From the UHGV virus genome UHGV-0023958: a stretch of 64,000 bases of DNA; one strand, written 5' to 3'. Position numbers and translations under genes: made by a program. This DNA is from a virus. Shown one piece after another: positions 33,354-44,047 of this stretch (its first letter is position 1; each line of letters starts with the position of its first letter). The notes under the pieces are model-generated. The model made no database searches. It had not been told where the DNA came from and was given only the letters and a program-made list of their open reading frames with translations.

Positions 33354-34456
33354 TGGGAAAAAGAACTTGGACACAGGAAGAAATAGATATATTAATCAAT
33401 GATTATAAAAACGATGTATTAGTTAGAGATATTTCTAAAAAATTAAATAAAACCATTGGATCTGTTAAATCTAAAATTATTTCATTAGAACTTCCAAAAT
33501 TATATATAAAAAAGAATAATTCAAATTTTAAAGCAGTTTATCAAGATTACGATTGGTGTTATGAAAGATATATTAATAGAAATATGACTATGGAACAAAT
33601 GGCAGAAGAAGCCAATTGTAGTTTACGAGTTATAAAGAAATGGTGTTCTGAAAAACATAGATTGAATTTATTTACTTATAGTGAAAATAAAAAATTAACA
33701 GAGTTGCAGAAACAATTAGTGATGTTTTCGTTATTAGGCGATGGTCATATAACTAATAATAATGAACGACCGATATATATAGAAAGCCACGCGGAAAATC
33801 AAAAAGAATACTTGTTTTGGAAATATAATATTTTAAAAGACGTATGTTCTAATACACCAAAATATTACCATTCAGAAATAAGACATTTTAAAAATTGTGA
33901 TAGTTTATGTCAACCAGGTTATCGGTTTAATACGAGAATAATAGATGATTTAAAAGATATAAAGAATATGTCATCTTCTGAAATTATTATGAATATTAAC
34001 GAATTCGGCTTATCGATTTTTTTATTAGACGATGGAGACAGGACAAAATGTAATTGGCGGCTGTGTATGGCTGAATACACAAAAGAAGAAAAGCAATTAT
34101 TTATTGATGTTTGCAAAGAAAAGTTTGATTTGTTACCACATATTATTAATTCCGATAATAGATATTTATTATTTAACTCAGAAGATAGTAGAAAAATAGA
34201 TATCATTATTTTGAGGAATATCCCAAATAATCTTGATATTGTTCAATATAAAATAGTTAAGAATAAGACTACTAAATCAATAATTTGTAATTTTGTGAAT
34301 TACAATAATGAAAAAATTGGTCTTGCAAGATTTTGTAGGACATATAAATTAAATTATGAAAAATGTAAAAAGTATTTGGAAACAAATAATTTATCTGAAA
34401 TTGATGGAGAATTATTATTTGCTTTAAAGGAGAATAATTATGAAACAATATGCTAA
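33353..34456 (+). CDS. Free-standing LAGLIDADG homing endonuclease.
   Basis: Two motifs, FSLLGDGHI and IFLLDDGDR. Confidence 0.5.
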   Translation: MGKRTWTQEEIDILINDYKNDVLVRDISKKLNKTIGSVKSKIISLELPKLYIKKNNSNFKAVYQDYDWCYERYINRNMTMEQMAEEANCSLRVIKKWCSEKHRLNLFTYSENKKLTELQKQLVMFSLLGDGHITNNNERPIYIESHAENQKEYLFWKYNILKDVCSNTPKYYHSEIRHFKNCDSLCQPGYRFNTRIIDDLKDIKNMSSSEIIMNINEFGLSIFLLDDGDRTKCNWRLCMAEYTKEEKQLFIDVCKEKFDLLPHIINSDNRYLLFNSEDSRKIDIIILRNIPNNLDIVQYKIVKNKTTKSIICNFVNYNNEKIGLARFCRTYKLNYEKCKKYLETNNLSEIDGELLFALKENNYETIC

Positions 34457-37400
34457 TTATCATAAACACGATATCATATCAAATATATTTGTTCCAGATA
34501 CGCACGTTAAATGCGAATCATATTTAAAAAGAATTAAAGAACTTGGGTATGATTGTTATTGGACAACGAATCATGGTTCTGGCGGCGATATATTTGAAGC
34601 AAGAGATTTATGTGATAAATACGGAATCAAATGTTTCTTTGGCGTTGAAGGATATATTGTTCTAAATCCTTTGGAAAAAGATAATAGAAATTATCATATT
34701 ATAATTATTCCAAAAACAAATGAAGCAAGAAAGAAAGTAAATTATATTACAAGCCATGCTTCCGAAGAAGGATTTTATTATAAACCAAGAATCTTCTTGG
34801 AAGATTTATTAAAATTAAATAAAGATGATATTTATTTAACTTCTGCTTGTGTTGCTGGATTGATGCACGATGAAGATAGCATTGAGTTATTATTGAAACC
34901 ATTAGTCGAACATTTTGGTCAAAACTTTTTTCTTGAAGTTCAAAATCATCAAGATGAATTTCAAAAAGAAATCAATAGAAAATGTTTGCAATTTTCTAAA
35001 CAATACGGATTGAAATTAATTGCTGCTAATGATAGTCATTATATTTATCCAGAAGATTCCAAGGATAGATTAGAATTCTTGAAAGGGAAAGGTATTAATT
35101 ATGGTGATGAAGATACTTATGTCCTTGATTATCCAGATTATGATACCATGTTTTCAAGATTTCAAAAACAAGGAATTTTAACAGATAAAGAAATCGAAGA
35201 AGCAATTGATAACACAAGAATATTTGAAAATTGCGAAGAGATTTATTTAGATAAAGAAATTAAAATGCCGAGCGCATATTTAAATTTAAATTCAGATGAA
35301 AAGATTAAAGAATTAAAAAAACATATCAATAAAAAATTTGCAGAAATTCGAGAAGAAGAACACATAGAGGGCGAACAACTTAAAAAATATATTGAAGGTA
35401 TTCGGCAAGAAATGCAAACAATTATTGATACAAAAGAAATTAATACAGCAGATTATTTCTTATTGAATGAAAAAATAGTTGATTTGGCAGTTCATAAATA
35501 CAACGGTGTTTTAACAAGAACTGGTCGTGGATCGTGCGGTGGTTTTTACATTAATCGAATTCTTGGAATGACACAAATTGACAGATTTACATCCCCAATT
35601 AAATTATATCCAGAAAGATTTATTAGTACTGCACGGTTGCTCGAAAACAGGGCAATGCCAGATATCGACTATAATGTTGCTTCGCAAGAACCATTTATTA
35701 AAGCATCTAGAGAAGTTCTTGGGGAACATTGTGCTTATCCAATGGTGGCTTATGGAACAATGCAAATTGGTGAAGCGTTTAGAAATGTTTGTAGATCACA
35801 CGGTCTTGAATTTGATGAATTTAATGATGTTGCTAAAAACATAGATAATTATTTAGAAGATCCTAAATGGAAACAATATATAGAAGAAGCTAAAAAATAT
35901 GTTGATGTAGTGGTTTCTGCTTCCGTCCATCCTTGCGCGTTCGCTCTCTCAAACAATGATTTGAGATATGAATATGGTATTGTAAAAATTGGAAATGCTC
36001 TATGTGTTATGATAACATCTAGCGAAGCAGATTATTGGAAAATACTTAAAGATGATTTTCTTATTGTTTCAATTTGGGGAATTATTGCGGATACATTTAA
36101 ATTAATTGGAAAACCGATTATAACCGTAAATCAATTATTAAATGATTTGGATGATCGCGTTTGGGACTTATATGCAAATGGAATTACTTGCACATTAAAT
36201 CAAGTCGATAGTGATTACGCAACGTCTTTAATGAAGAAGTATAAAGTTCGTTCAGTTGGTGAATTAGCGCAGTTTACAGCAGCGGTTCGCCCATCATTTG
36301 ATGCTTGGCGTGATGCGTTTATTTACAGAAAGCCTTTTACGACTGGAAGTAAATATCTTGACGATGTTCTGTCGGAAACAAGAGGAATGATTACATTTCA
36401 AGAAACATTGATGACTTATTTCCAATGGCTTGGAATTACACCTGCAGAATCAATTGGTTTGATTAAAAAAATTAGTAAGAAAAAAATTCATCCAGAAGAC
36501 TTTAAAAATCTTGAAGATAGACTTAAAGAACAATGGATTAAAAATACTGGAAGCATTGATAAATTTGACGATACTTGGCAAATGGTTCAAGGTTGTATGT
36601 CTTATGGTTTCGCTGCGCCACATGCTCTTGCAACGGCAATCGATTCTCTGTATGGAGCTTGGCTTAAAGTTCATTATCCTTTGGAATATTATTCTATTGT
36701 GTTTAGATATTACGAAGGTGATATGGAAAGAACTAATAAGCTTACAGAAGAATTGAAGTATTTTAATATATCATTAAAAAATATTCAATTCGGACATTCG
36801 GCTGGCTCTTATAAAATAAACAAAGAGGAAAATAGTATTTATAAAGGACTTGGCTCAATTAAATATTGCAATGTTGAAGTCGGTGATAAACTTTATGAAT
36901 TATCGCAATCGAAACGATACAATTCTTTCGTAGAAATTCTTAAAGATTTCCCTGGCGATTCGAGACAATTAGATATTTTGATTAAACTTGGTTATTTTTC
37001 TGATTTTGGAAGCATTGGAAAGCTTTTGAAAATTGTAGAGGTTTATAATCAATATGGTTCAAAGACAATAATCAAAAAGGATCAATGTGCGATTAACAAA
37101 GATATTATGTTGCAGTATGCAACGGAAACAGAAAAGCAATATCGTTTGAAAGATAAAGATGGTTTTATAAATTATCTTTTGGAAAATATTACTTATAAAG
37201 AATATCCAATTACGCAAAGAATTAAAGATGAAAAAGAATATCTTGGTTATGTTTCGTTGAAAATCGAGGGAAAATCGAGCACTTGGTACGTAACCGATAT
37301 AAACACAAAGTATTCGCCGAAAATATCTTTGTATAACGTTGGGACTGGCGAAGAAAAAGTTGTTAAAATTGAGAAAAGAAAATATCAGTTAGCTCCATTT

Positions 37401-37523
37401 GATAAAGATGTTTGTTTGAGAGCAACTTTTGAAACGAAGAATAAATGTAAAAAAGATGAAAACGGAGATTGGGTGAAACTCGAAGAAAAAGAAGAGTGGA
37501 TTAAATATTATTCCGTTGTATAA
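34440..37523 (+). CDS. dnaE: DNA polymerase III alpha (DnaE-like) with an N-terminal PHP domain.
   Basis: HKHD PHP motif; GRGSCGGFYINRILGMTQID palm motif; about 1027 aa. Confidence 0.75.
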   Translation: MKQYANYHKHDIISNIFVPDTHVKCESYLKRIKELGYDCYWTTNHGSGGDIFEARDLCDKYGIKCFFGVEGYIVLNPLEKDNRNYHIIIIPKTNEARKKVNYITSHASEEGFYYKPRIFLEDLLKLNKDDIYLTSACVAGLMHDEDSIELLLKPLVEHFGQNFFLEVQNHQDEFQKEINRKCLQFSKQYGLKLIAANDSHYIYPEDSKDRLEFLKGKGINYGDEDTYVLDYPDYDTMFSRFQKQGILTDKEIEEAIDNTRIFENCEEIYLDKEIKMPSAYLNLNSDEKIKELKKHINKKFAEIREEEHIEGEQLKKYIEGIRQEMQTIIDTKEINTADYFLLNEKIVDLAVHKYNGVLTRTGRGSCGGFYINRILGMTQIDRFTSPIKLYPERFISTARLLENRAMPDIDYNVASQEPFIKASREVLGEHCAYPMVAYGTMQIGEAFRNVCRSHGLEFDEFNDVAKNIDNYLEDPKWKQYIEEAKKYVDVVVSASVHPCAFALSNNDLRYEYGIVKIGNALCVMITSSEADYWKILKDDFLIVSIWGIIADTFKLIGKPIITVNQLLNDLDDRVWDLYANGITCTLNQVDSDYATSLMKKYKVRSVGELAQFTAAVRPSFDAWRDAFIYRKPFTTGSKYLDDVLSETRGMITFQETLMTYFQWLGITPAESIGLIKKISKKKIHPEDFKNLEDRLKEQWIKNTGSIDKFDDTWQMVQGCMSYGFAAPHALATAIDSLYGAWLKVHYPLEYYSIVFRYYEGDMERTNKLTEELKYFNISLKNIQFGHSAGSYKINKEENSIYKGLGSIKYCNVEVGDKLYELSQSKRYNSFVEILKDFPGDSRQLDILIKLGYFSDFGSIGKLLKIVEVYNQYGSKTIIKKDQCAINKDIMLQYATETEKQYRLKDKDGFINYLLENITYKEYPITQRIKDEKEYLGYVSLKIEGKSSTWYVTDINTKYSPKISLYNVGTGEEKVVKIEKRKYQLAPFDKDVCLRATFETKNKCKKDENGDWVKLEEKEEWIKYYSVV

Positions 37524-37535
37524 ATAGAGGTGTAT

Positions 37536-38534
37536 ATGGAAGATGAAAAGAAAGTGAAAGAAAGATTGGAAAATTATAGTTATTCGAAAATCGAAACTTA
37601 TGAGCAATGTCATTATAAATTCAAATTGAAATATAAAGACAAAAAGTTTTTAAGCCAAAATACTCCAGCAATTGCAATGGGTTTACTTGTTCATAAAGTA
37701 AACGAAATTATTACCTCGCAGATTCTTGGTGGTCAGAAAATCGATTACGATATGCTTAAAGATTATTTTTTAAACGTGAATTTACCCAAAAAGAATCCGA
37801 GAGACCGCGATGGTGATATGTTTGGAACAAATATTTTGTCGCAAAAATTTGGATATAAATGGGTAGAATTAGATAAATATGGCAAATCTTTTGCAATGAA
37901 ATCACAGCAGTTTTTGGAAAGCGGTATTTATAGATTGGAAAATTATTTAAAAGAAAACCCCAATCTCGAACTTGTTGCGGCGGAATTACCGTTTAAATTT
38001 AAACACAGAAAGTATGAGTTTCACGGATTTATAGACAGGGTTTTAAAAGAAAAAGATACTGGAAAATATATTATTCACGATTTAAAAACGTCATCGGAGG
38101 CTTATTCGGACGATAAATGTATTACTCCGTTGCAATTCGTCGTATATGTAAAAGCATTAAAGCAGATGTATGGGGAGCAAACCGAAGTTGATTGTTTTTA
38201 TGAATTTCCGATCGCCGAAGCAATTAAACCTTCTGGAACAAAGGGCTTTGTTGACAGAGGGATGAAAAAAATCAACAATTTACTCGATTCAATTGAAGCC
38301 GAAGATTATGTTCCGCGCCCGACACCGCTTTGTTATTGGTGTGAATTCTGCAACAATAACCCCGATCAACCAAAAGAAGGGAGAAATTGTTGCCCATATT
38401 ATTCATTGTGGAAGCCAGAAGCAAAGAGTTTTGCCACAAAATTGCCGTGGATTAATATGGAATCTGATGAAATGCAGCGAAATAAACTTGTTATGTTAGA
38501 GAATTTATCGGACGATGAAGACGATGAAATCTAA
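37536..38534 (+). CDS. PD-(D/E)xK nuclease, Cas4 / RecB-family, with a Cys cluster.
   Basis: GFIDRV ... IIHDLKTS; CYWCEFC plus an N-terminal Cys. Confidence 0.55.
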   Translation: MEDEKKVKERLENYSYSKIETYEQCHYKFKLKYKDKKFLSQNTPAIAMGLLVHKVNEIITSQILGGQKIDYDMLKDYFLNVNLPKKNPRDRDGDMFGTNILSQKFGYKWVELDKYGKSFAMKSQQFLESGIYRLENYLKENPNLELVAAELPFKFKHRKYEFHGFIDRVLKEKDTGKYIIHDLKTSSEAYSDDKCITPLQFVVYVKALKQMYGEQTEVDCFYEFPIAEAIKPSGTKGFVDRGMKKINNLLDSIEAEDYVPRPTPLCYWCEFCNNNPDQPKEGRNCCPYYSLWKPEAKSFATKLPWINMESDEMQRNKLVMLENLSDDEDDEI

Positions 38535-38562
38535 ATTTTATGCAATTTGAGAGGAAAATTAT

Positions 38563-38718
38563 ATGGATAATTATGAATTTGTTGAAGAAATTAAAAGAAT
38601 TTTAAAGATTGATCGCGAACTTGATTTTGTTGAAATTTTTGATCTCGGCACACTTTATGAAAAAGTGTGGGGCGTTGGATATGATGATGGGATAGAAGAA
38701 AGATATACAGCAAAATAA
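38563..38718 (+). CDS. Small hypothetical protein of 51 aa.
   Basis: RBS gagagg then ATG; not in the ORF track. Confidence 0.25.
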   Translation: MDNYEFVEEIKRILKIDRELDFVEIFDLGTLYEKVWGVGYDDGIEERYTAK

Positions 38719-38724
38719 TTTCAA

Positions 38725-38771
38725 AATTCCAGTCAAAATTACTTGACTGGAATTATTATTTGTGGTATAAT
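38725..38771 (+). promoter_or_regulatory. 12-bp perfect hairpin aattccagtcaa / ttgactggaatt with loop aattac. Its 3' arm carries the TTGACT -35 of a TTGACT-N17-TATAAT promoter.
   Basis: Seen in the sequence. Confidence 0.5.
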
Positions 38772-38801
38772 ATATCTATCTAAAAGTAAGAGGTGGGTTT
38801 T

Positions 38802-41800
38802 ATGCAATATGAAATTGAAGATGCCGATGTTGGATTTGAAGGGTATGTAACGAAAATCCGTTTCCCGAAGGCGCAAAAAGACTATAATGGTTGGTGTGCT
38901 TTTGATTTCCAAGTGGATTCTGTATTTGTCGGTGAAATTCGAAAAAGCACTATTAAAAACGGTATTATACATTTATGCGGATACGCGCCGCTTGCCAAAG
39001 AAAATATAAGATATCGTGTATATGCAAAGTATGAAATAAGCCAAAAATATGGACACACGTATCAGGTATGCTATATGAGTTCTATTGTATCTTTAGAAAC
39101 AGAAGAAGATGTGAGGAATTTCCTTCTTACTATTTTACCACAAAAGACAGTTGAGAACTTTATGGAGTATACCAAAGATCCGATCGGTCTTATTAAATCT
39201 GGCGATATTAGCGAGATGTGTAATATAAAGGGTGTTGGGTTTACAAGAGCCCAAGACATCGTTGCAAAATTTAGAGGTATAGATGACCGCGCCGAAGTAT
39301 ATGCGATTTTCACAAAGCTTGGTTTGACAAAAAGATTGGCGGACGATTTGATTGAGCAATATAAATCTGCTGATAGCTTGATGGCAGATATTAACAAAAA
39401 TCCGTATATTTTAATTGAAAAATGCGATGGAGTTGGTTGGGCAAAAGCGGATAATTTGGCGTTAAAAATGGGTATAGCAGAAGATTCGGAATTCAGAATT
39501 AAAGCTTATGTAAACTATTTTTTAACAAAAATAGCAGAGACAGAAGGTCATACTTGGGTTACATTACAAAATTTACTTTCGAGTATTCTTGGTCTTTCTA
39601 AAATTATTACTAAAGATAGGGCGAAAATTATTCTTCGCGAATTGGTTGACAAAGAAAAATTACACTACGAAGAACAAACAAAAAGAATTGGTTTAAATAA
39701 GTATTATAGGCTTGAAAAACGAATTTGCGATGAACTTGTTCGTCTTCGAGATGCCGAAGTTTTCCCCGTAAAGCACATTGACGAAACAATCGCAGATTGT
39801 GAAAAAATGGTTGGTTTTGAGTATACTCAGGAACAAAAAGACGCTATTTATAAAATATTTAAAAACAACGTATTTCTTCTTACCGCAAACGCTGGTTGTG
39901 TAGATAAAGATACTGAATTTTTTAATGGTGAAAAATGGAAAAAGATTTCAGATTATAAAAGCGGTGAAAGGGTGTTGCAGTATAACGAAGATGGTAGCGC
40001 GAGTTTGACAAAGCCGCTGATGTATTTCAAAAAACCTTGCGATAAATTATATCATTTTGAAACAAAATATGGTATCAATCAAACGGTTTGTGAAGAACAC
40101 GATGTGCTTTACTGGAAGAGTGAAAACGTCCATGATTCCTGCAAAGTTAAAGACATAAAAGATAAACAGGAACTATATCGTTCTGGTTTTTCTGGAAAAA
40201 TTAAAGCTGGTTTTAACTATAGTGGAAACGGAATCAACTTAAGTGATGAAGAAATTCGTGTTATGTGTGCGGTTATTTGCGACGGTTCTTTTGATTCTTC
40301 TGTTGAGCTTAAAACAAATTCACATTCTTATAGATATTGTAGATTTCATATTAAAAAAGACAGAAAAAAAGAACGTATAAGAAAATTATTTTCAGATGCA
40401 AAAATAGAATTCAAAGAACATAATTCTATTATGAAAGGTTATACCGACTTTTATATCAAAGCACCGATGAGAACAAAGATGTTTGATGAATTTTGGTATC
40501 ACTGCACAAATAAACAATTACAGGTTATATGCGATGAAATTCTTTATTGGGACGGCAGTATTACGAAAACTAAAAATAATAAAGAGAAAAAGAAGTTTTC
40601 AACCACTTTAAAAGAAAATGCTGACTTTGTTCAGTTTGCATTTACGGCTTGTGGGTATCGCGCGACAATCAAAGTTGACGATAGAAAGGGGGAGAAATAT
40701 TTCACTGCTGGAAAACAATATGTTAGGAAAAGCGTTTGTTATGAAGTATTTATTTCAGATAACGTATTCATTGGTTTTGGAAATGATAGCAGGGTTTGTC
40801 ATAAAAAGACAAAGATCGAAGAAGTGAAGTCAGAAGACGGATATAAATATTGTTTCATGGTCGAGTCAACAATGCTCGTTTTGCGCAGGAATAATTGTAT
40901 TTTTGTTACGCATAACTGCGGAAAAACAACAATTATGTATCCAGTAGCTCGCATACTTCGAAGAAATGGGTATAATTTTGCTTCTTGTGCACTATCTGGA
41001 AAAGCGAGTTTAAACCTTTCTGAAACTATCGGAGAGGAAGGAAAAACAATTCATCGACTTTTAGAGTTCAACGGGTTTACGACACAATTTGACAGAGATG
41101 TGAACAATCCGCTGGAACAAAATGTTGTGATTTTAGACGAAGTAAGTATGGTTGGCGGCGATTTGTTTTTACACTTATTGAGAGCTATGAAAACTGGAAC
41201 AAAACTAATAATGATAGGTGATCCAGGGCAGCTCGAATCAATTGGTTTGTGTAATTTAATTAGCGATATCAAAGGTTCTGGAAGAATTGCACAAGCATAT
41301 TTGACGAAGATTTTCAGACAAGCACAAAAATCTGGCATCATTACGGATTCTTTAAAAGTGTATCACCAAGAACAAATATTGCCGAGCAACGGTTTTATAG
41401 GCGATGAAGTTCACGGAGAGTTAAAAGATTTTGAGATAATTTCAAAAAACACTACGCAAGACTGTTTAAATGAGATTGTTAAAAAGTTTAAAAAATTTTA
41501 TTACGAAGATAAAATTCCGATTGACGATATTATTATTGCTGTTGCAAAGAGGGCGATTGGTCCGCTTTCCGCGCGGTGTGTAAATCAGATTATTCAAAAC
41601 CTTTTGGAACTCCCGAAAGAAAGAACACTTAAACATAAATATAATGATCAAGTTCTTTATGAAATAACGTTTCATGTAGGCGATAAAGTTCTTGTTACAA
41701 AAAACAATTATAAAGCAGAAACAATTGAAGGTATAAATTATCCGATATTCAATGGCAATATTGGCACCGTATATGATATTTGCGAAGATACGTTGTTGAT

Positions 41801-42092
41801 GAAAATAGACGATAAAATTATGCTTTATGGTCCAGGCGAAATAGGAGATTTGCAGCTCGGATATGCGGTTACAACGCATAAACTCCAAGGAACTGGTTAT
41901 CCTTATGTAATTGCGGTTTGCGACCAGGGTTCTTTTAATCTTTTGAGCAAGGAGCATCTTTACACGGAGATTACGCGTGCTAAAAAGTATTGTACGCTTA
42001 TAGGAACGCCGAAGGCAATTACGACCGCAATCAAAACCACTCGTGTTGTAAAAAAGCAAACTTATCTCGGAGAAATGCTCGCAGCCACTTAA
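38802..42092 (+). CDS. RecD-like SF1 helicase interrupted by an intein.
   Basis: HhH-type N-terminus; split Walker A ANAG|C...HN|CGKTT; C-terminal motif VTTHKLQG. Confidence 0.7.
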   Translation: MQYEIEDADVGFEGYVTKIRFPKAQKDYNGWCAFDFQVDSVFVGEIRKSTIKNGIIHLCGYAPLAKENIRYRVYAKYEISQKYGHTYQVCYMSSIVSLETEEDVRNFLLTILPQKTVENFMEYTKDPIGLIKSGDISEMCNIKGVGFTRAQDIVAKFRGIDDRAEVYAIFTKLGLTKRLADDLIEQYKSADSLMADINKNPYILIEKCDGVGWAKADNLALKMGIAEDSEFRIKAYVNYFLTKIAETEGHTWVTLQNLLSSILGLSKIITKDRAKIILRELVDKEKLHYEEQTKRIGLNKYYRLEKRICDELVRLRDAEVFPVKHIDETIADCEKMVGFEYTQEQKDAIYKIFKNNVFLLTANAGCVDKDTEFFNGEKWKKISDYKSGERVLQYNEDGSASLTKPLMYFKKPCDKLYHFETKYGINQTVCEEHDVLYWKSENVHDSCKVKDIKDKQELYRSGFSGKIKAGFNYSGNGINLSDEEIRVMCAVICDGSFDSSVELKTNSHSYRYCRFHIKKDRKKERIRKLFSDAKIEFKEHNSIMKGYTDFYIKAPMRTKMFDEFWYHCTNKQLQVICDEILYWDGSITKTKNNKEKKKFSTTLKENADFVQFAFTACGYRATIKVDDRKGEKYFTAGKQYVRKSVCYEVFISDNVFIGFGNDSRVCHKKTKIEEVKSEDGYKYCFMVESTMLVLRRNNCIFVTHNCGKTTIMYPVARILRRNGYNFASCALSGKASLNLSETIGEEGKTIHRLLEFNGFTTQFDRDVNNPLEQNVVILDEVSMVGGDLFLHLLRAMKTGTKLIMIGDPGQLESIGLCNLISDIKGSGRIAQAYLTKIFRQAQKSGIITDSLKVYHQEQILPSNGFIGDEVHGELKDFEIISKNTTQDCLNEIVKKFKKFYYEDKIPIDDIIIAVAKRAIGPLSARCVNQIIQNLLELPKERTLKHKYNDQVLYEITFHVGDKVLVTKNNYKAETIEGINYPIFNGNIGTVYDICEDTLLMKIDDKIMLYGPGEIGDLQLGYAVTTHKLQGTGYPYVIAVCDQGSFNLLSKEHLYTEITRAKKYCTLIGTPKAITTAIKTTRVVKKQTYLGEMLAAT
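39897..40916 (+). mobile_element. Intein of 340 aa with a LAGLIDADG-type endonuclease domain (VICDGSF), inserted in the helicase P-loop.
   Basis: Begins with Cys after NAG; ends HN followed by +1 Cys. Excision would restore ANAGCGKTT. Confidence 0.6.
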
Positions 42093-42098
42093 AATTAG

Positions 42099-42127
42099 TT
42101 GACATTGCAGTATTTTTGTGATATAAT
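42099..42127 (+). promoter_or_regulatory. Promoter TTGACA-N17-TGaTATAAT.
   Basis: Consensus. Confidence 0.5.
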
Positions 42128-42159
42128 GGTTATAGAATTTGCATAAAGGAGATAAATAT

Positions 42160-42468
42160 ATGCAAGAAGTTGATGAAAGATATTTAATTGTTGAAACCGA
42201 AAACGATGAAGCGATAGACATTTTTGAAAATACTATCGAAAAGAAGTTTATAAAAAGAGAAGCAGTCGATGATAAATGGTTGTCAGATTATCTTACAATG
42301 TATAATCTTACACCAGATCATTTCTGCGGTTATTTTGTAGAAGGCATCGAGAAGCCCTATATGATTATGGATAAGACGGTGGATAATTTATTTATCAATG
42401 AAGAATTGGCTAATAAATATTTAACGTTGAATTATATTGATAATGAAGAAGAGGTAAAGAATGGCTAA
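42160..42468 (+). CDS. Hypothetical acidic protein.
   Basis: RBS aaggag. Confidence 0.4.
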   Translation: MQEVDERYLIVETENDEAIDIFENTIEKKFIKREAVDDKWLSDYLTMYNLTPDHFCGYFVEGIEKPYMIMDKTVDNLFINEELANKYLTLNYIDNEEEVKNG

Positions 42469-43123
42469 AAATAAGAATAAGAAAATTGAAGATCTTGATT
42501 TCCTTGACGGAATTCCACTTGCGGTTGTACTTCCAGAAGATAGCACACTCCCCGATCCAAGAAGATTGATGTATTATGATGGATTGAAAAATCGCACTTT
42601 GTATTTGGAAGATGAAATCGATAGAGAATATTTAATTGATTTTTCAAAAATGATTATTGCTTTTAACAGAGAAGATGATGAAAAGAAAATTCCTGTTGAA
42701 AAAAGAAAGCCGATTAAAATTCTTGTCTTTTCTTACGGTGGCGAAATTGATGCAACGCAGCATTTACTTGACATGATTGCTATTTCGAAAACACCAGTAT
42801 ATACGATTAACTTCGGCGTGGCAATGAGCGGTGGTCTTTACGTTTTGCTTGCTGGGCACAAGAGATTTGCACTGAAAAACTCACAGGCACTAATTCACGA
42901 GGGAAGTGGTGCGATGGAAGGTACTGCAGAGCAGGTTCGCACTCATCAGGCACAGTATACGAAGCAGCTTAAACTTTTGTCCGATTTTGTTATTGATAGA
43001 ACAAAGATTTCTAAAGAACTTTATGGTCGAAAGAAAAAGACAGAGTGGTTTATCAATGGTGCGGAACAGGTTGAATATGGTATCGCAGATAAACTCATTG
43101 ACGATATTTCGGAGCTTTATTGA
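42461..43123 (+). CDS. ClpP-family serine peptidase-like protein.
   Basis: GVAMSGG (Ser) and LIHEGSG (His) motifs. Confidence 0.55.
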   Translation: MAKNKNKKIEDLDFLDGIPLAVVLPEDSTLPDPRRLMYYDGLKNRTLYLEDEIDREYLIDFSKMIIAFNREDDEKKIPVEKRKPIKILVFSYGGEIDATQHLLDMIAISKTPVYTINFGVAMSGGLYVLLAGHKRFALKNSQALIHEGSGAMEGTAEQVRTHQAQYTKQLKLLSDFVIDRTKISKELYGRKKKTEWFINGAEQVEYGIADKLIDDISELY

Positions 43124-44037
43124 TGGAAAAAGATTTGTACGATATCGCTATTATTGGCGGCGGTCCAGCAGGAATGACCGCTGCCATATATGCAGCGAGA
43201 GCTGATAAAAAAGTTGTTTTATTTGAAAAGAATATTCTCGGCGGTCAAATGGTAAATTCACCATTGGTTGAAAATTACCCTGGGTTTGAAAAGATTTCTG
43301 GAGAAGAACTTGGTTTTAAAATACAGGAACAAGTCGAAAATCTCGGCGTAGAAATTATTTTTGGAGAAGTTGTGAATATAGTAAACAATTCTTCGGAGTA
43401 TATTGTTTGTACTAAAGTAGCCGATGAAGACTGTACCTATCTTGCTAAAGCCGTTATTCTTGCAAACGGTGTAGAGCATAAAAAGCTCGGTATTGTTGGA
43501 GAAGATTTGGCGAATTATTGCGCTATTTGCGACGGACCTTTTTATAAAGGAAAAGATGTTTGCGTTATCGGGGACGGTAATACCGCTGCTCAATACGCGC
43601 TTCTTCTCGCAAATTATTGTAAGAGTGTTACAATGATTACGCTATTCGATAAGTTCTTTTGTGAAAAAGTTTTGCAAGATAGAATTTTGAACAATACTTA
43701 TATAAAATGGGTAAAAAATTCTTCGACAAAAGGATTTTTGACAGAGAGAAATAACGGAAAAGGTAAAATTACTGCCGTTGTTACTGATAAAGAAATGATT
43801 CCGACTGACGGTGTTTTTGTTGCTATCGGGCAAGTTCCGAACGAAACACTTACCGATTTGGCAGAAAAAGACACGAAAGGTTATGTTATTATTAATGAAG
43901 CAAAAGAAACTTCGCAAAAAGGTATTTTTGCTTGTGGCGATATAACAACGAAAAAAGTTCGTCAAATTGTAACGGCAATGAATGACGGTGCAATCGCGGC
44001 AACTTCCGCTATTGAATATTTAAATAATTTAAATTAA
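43120..44037 (+). CDS. trxB: Thioredoxin reductase.
   Basis: FAD site DIAIIGGGPAG; redox-active CAICDG; second Rossmann GDGNTAAQ. Confidence 0.8.
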   Translation: MMEKDLYDIAIIGGGPAGMTAAIYAARADKKVVLFEKNILGGQMVNSPLVENYPGFEKISGEELGFKIQEQVENLGVEIIFGEVVNIVNNSSEYIVCTKVADEDCTYLAKAVILANGVEHKKLGIVGEDLANYCAICDGPFYKGKDVCVIGDGNTAAQYALLLANYCKSVTMITLFDKFFCEKVLQDRILNNTYIKWVKNSSTKGFLTERNNGKGKITAVVTDKEMIPTDGVFVAIGQVPNETLTDLAEKDTKGYVIINEAKETSQKGIFACGDITTKKVRQIVTAMNDGAIAATSAIEYLNNLN

Positions 44038-44047
44038 GGATCTATAT

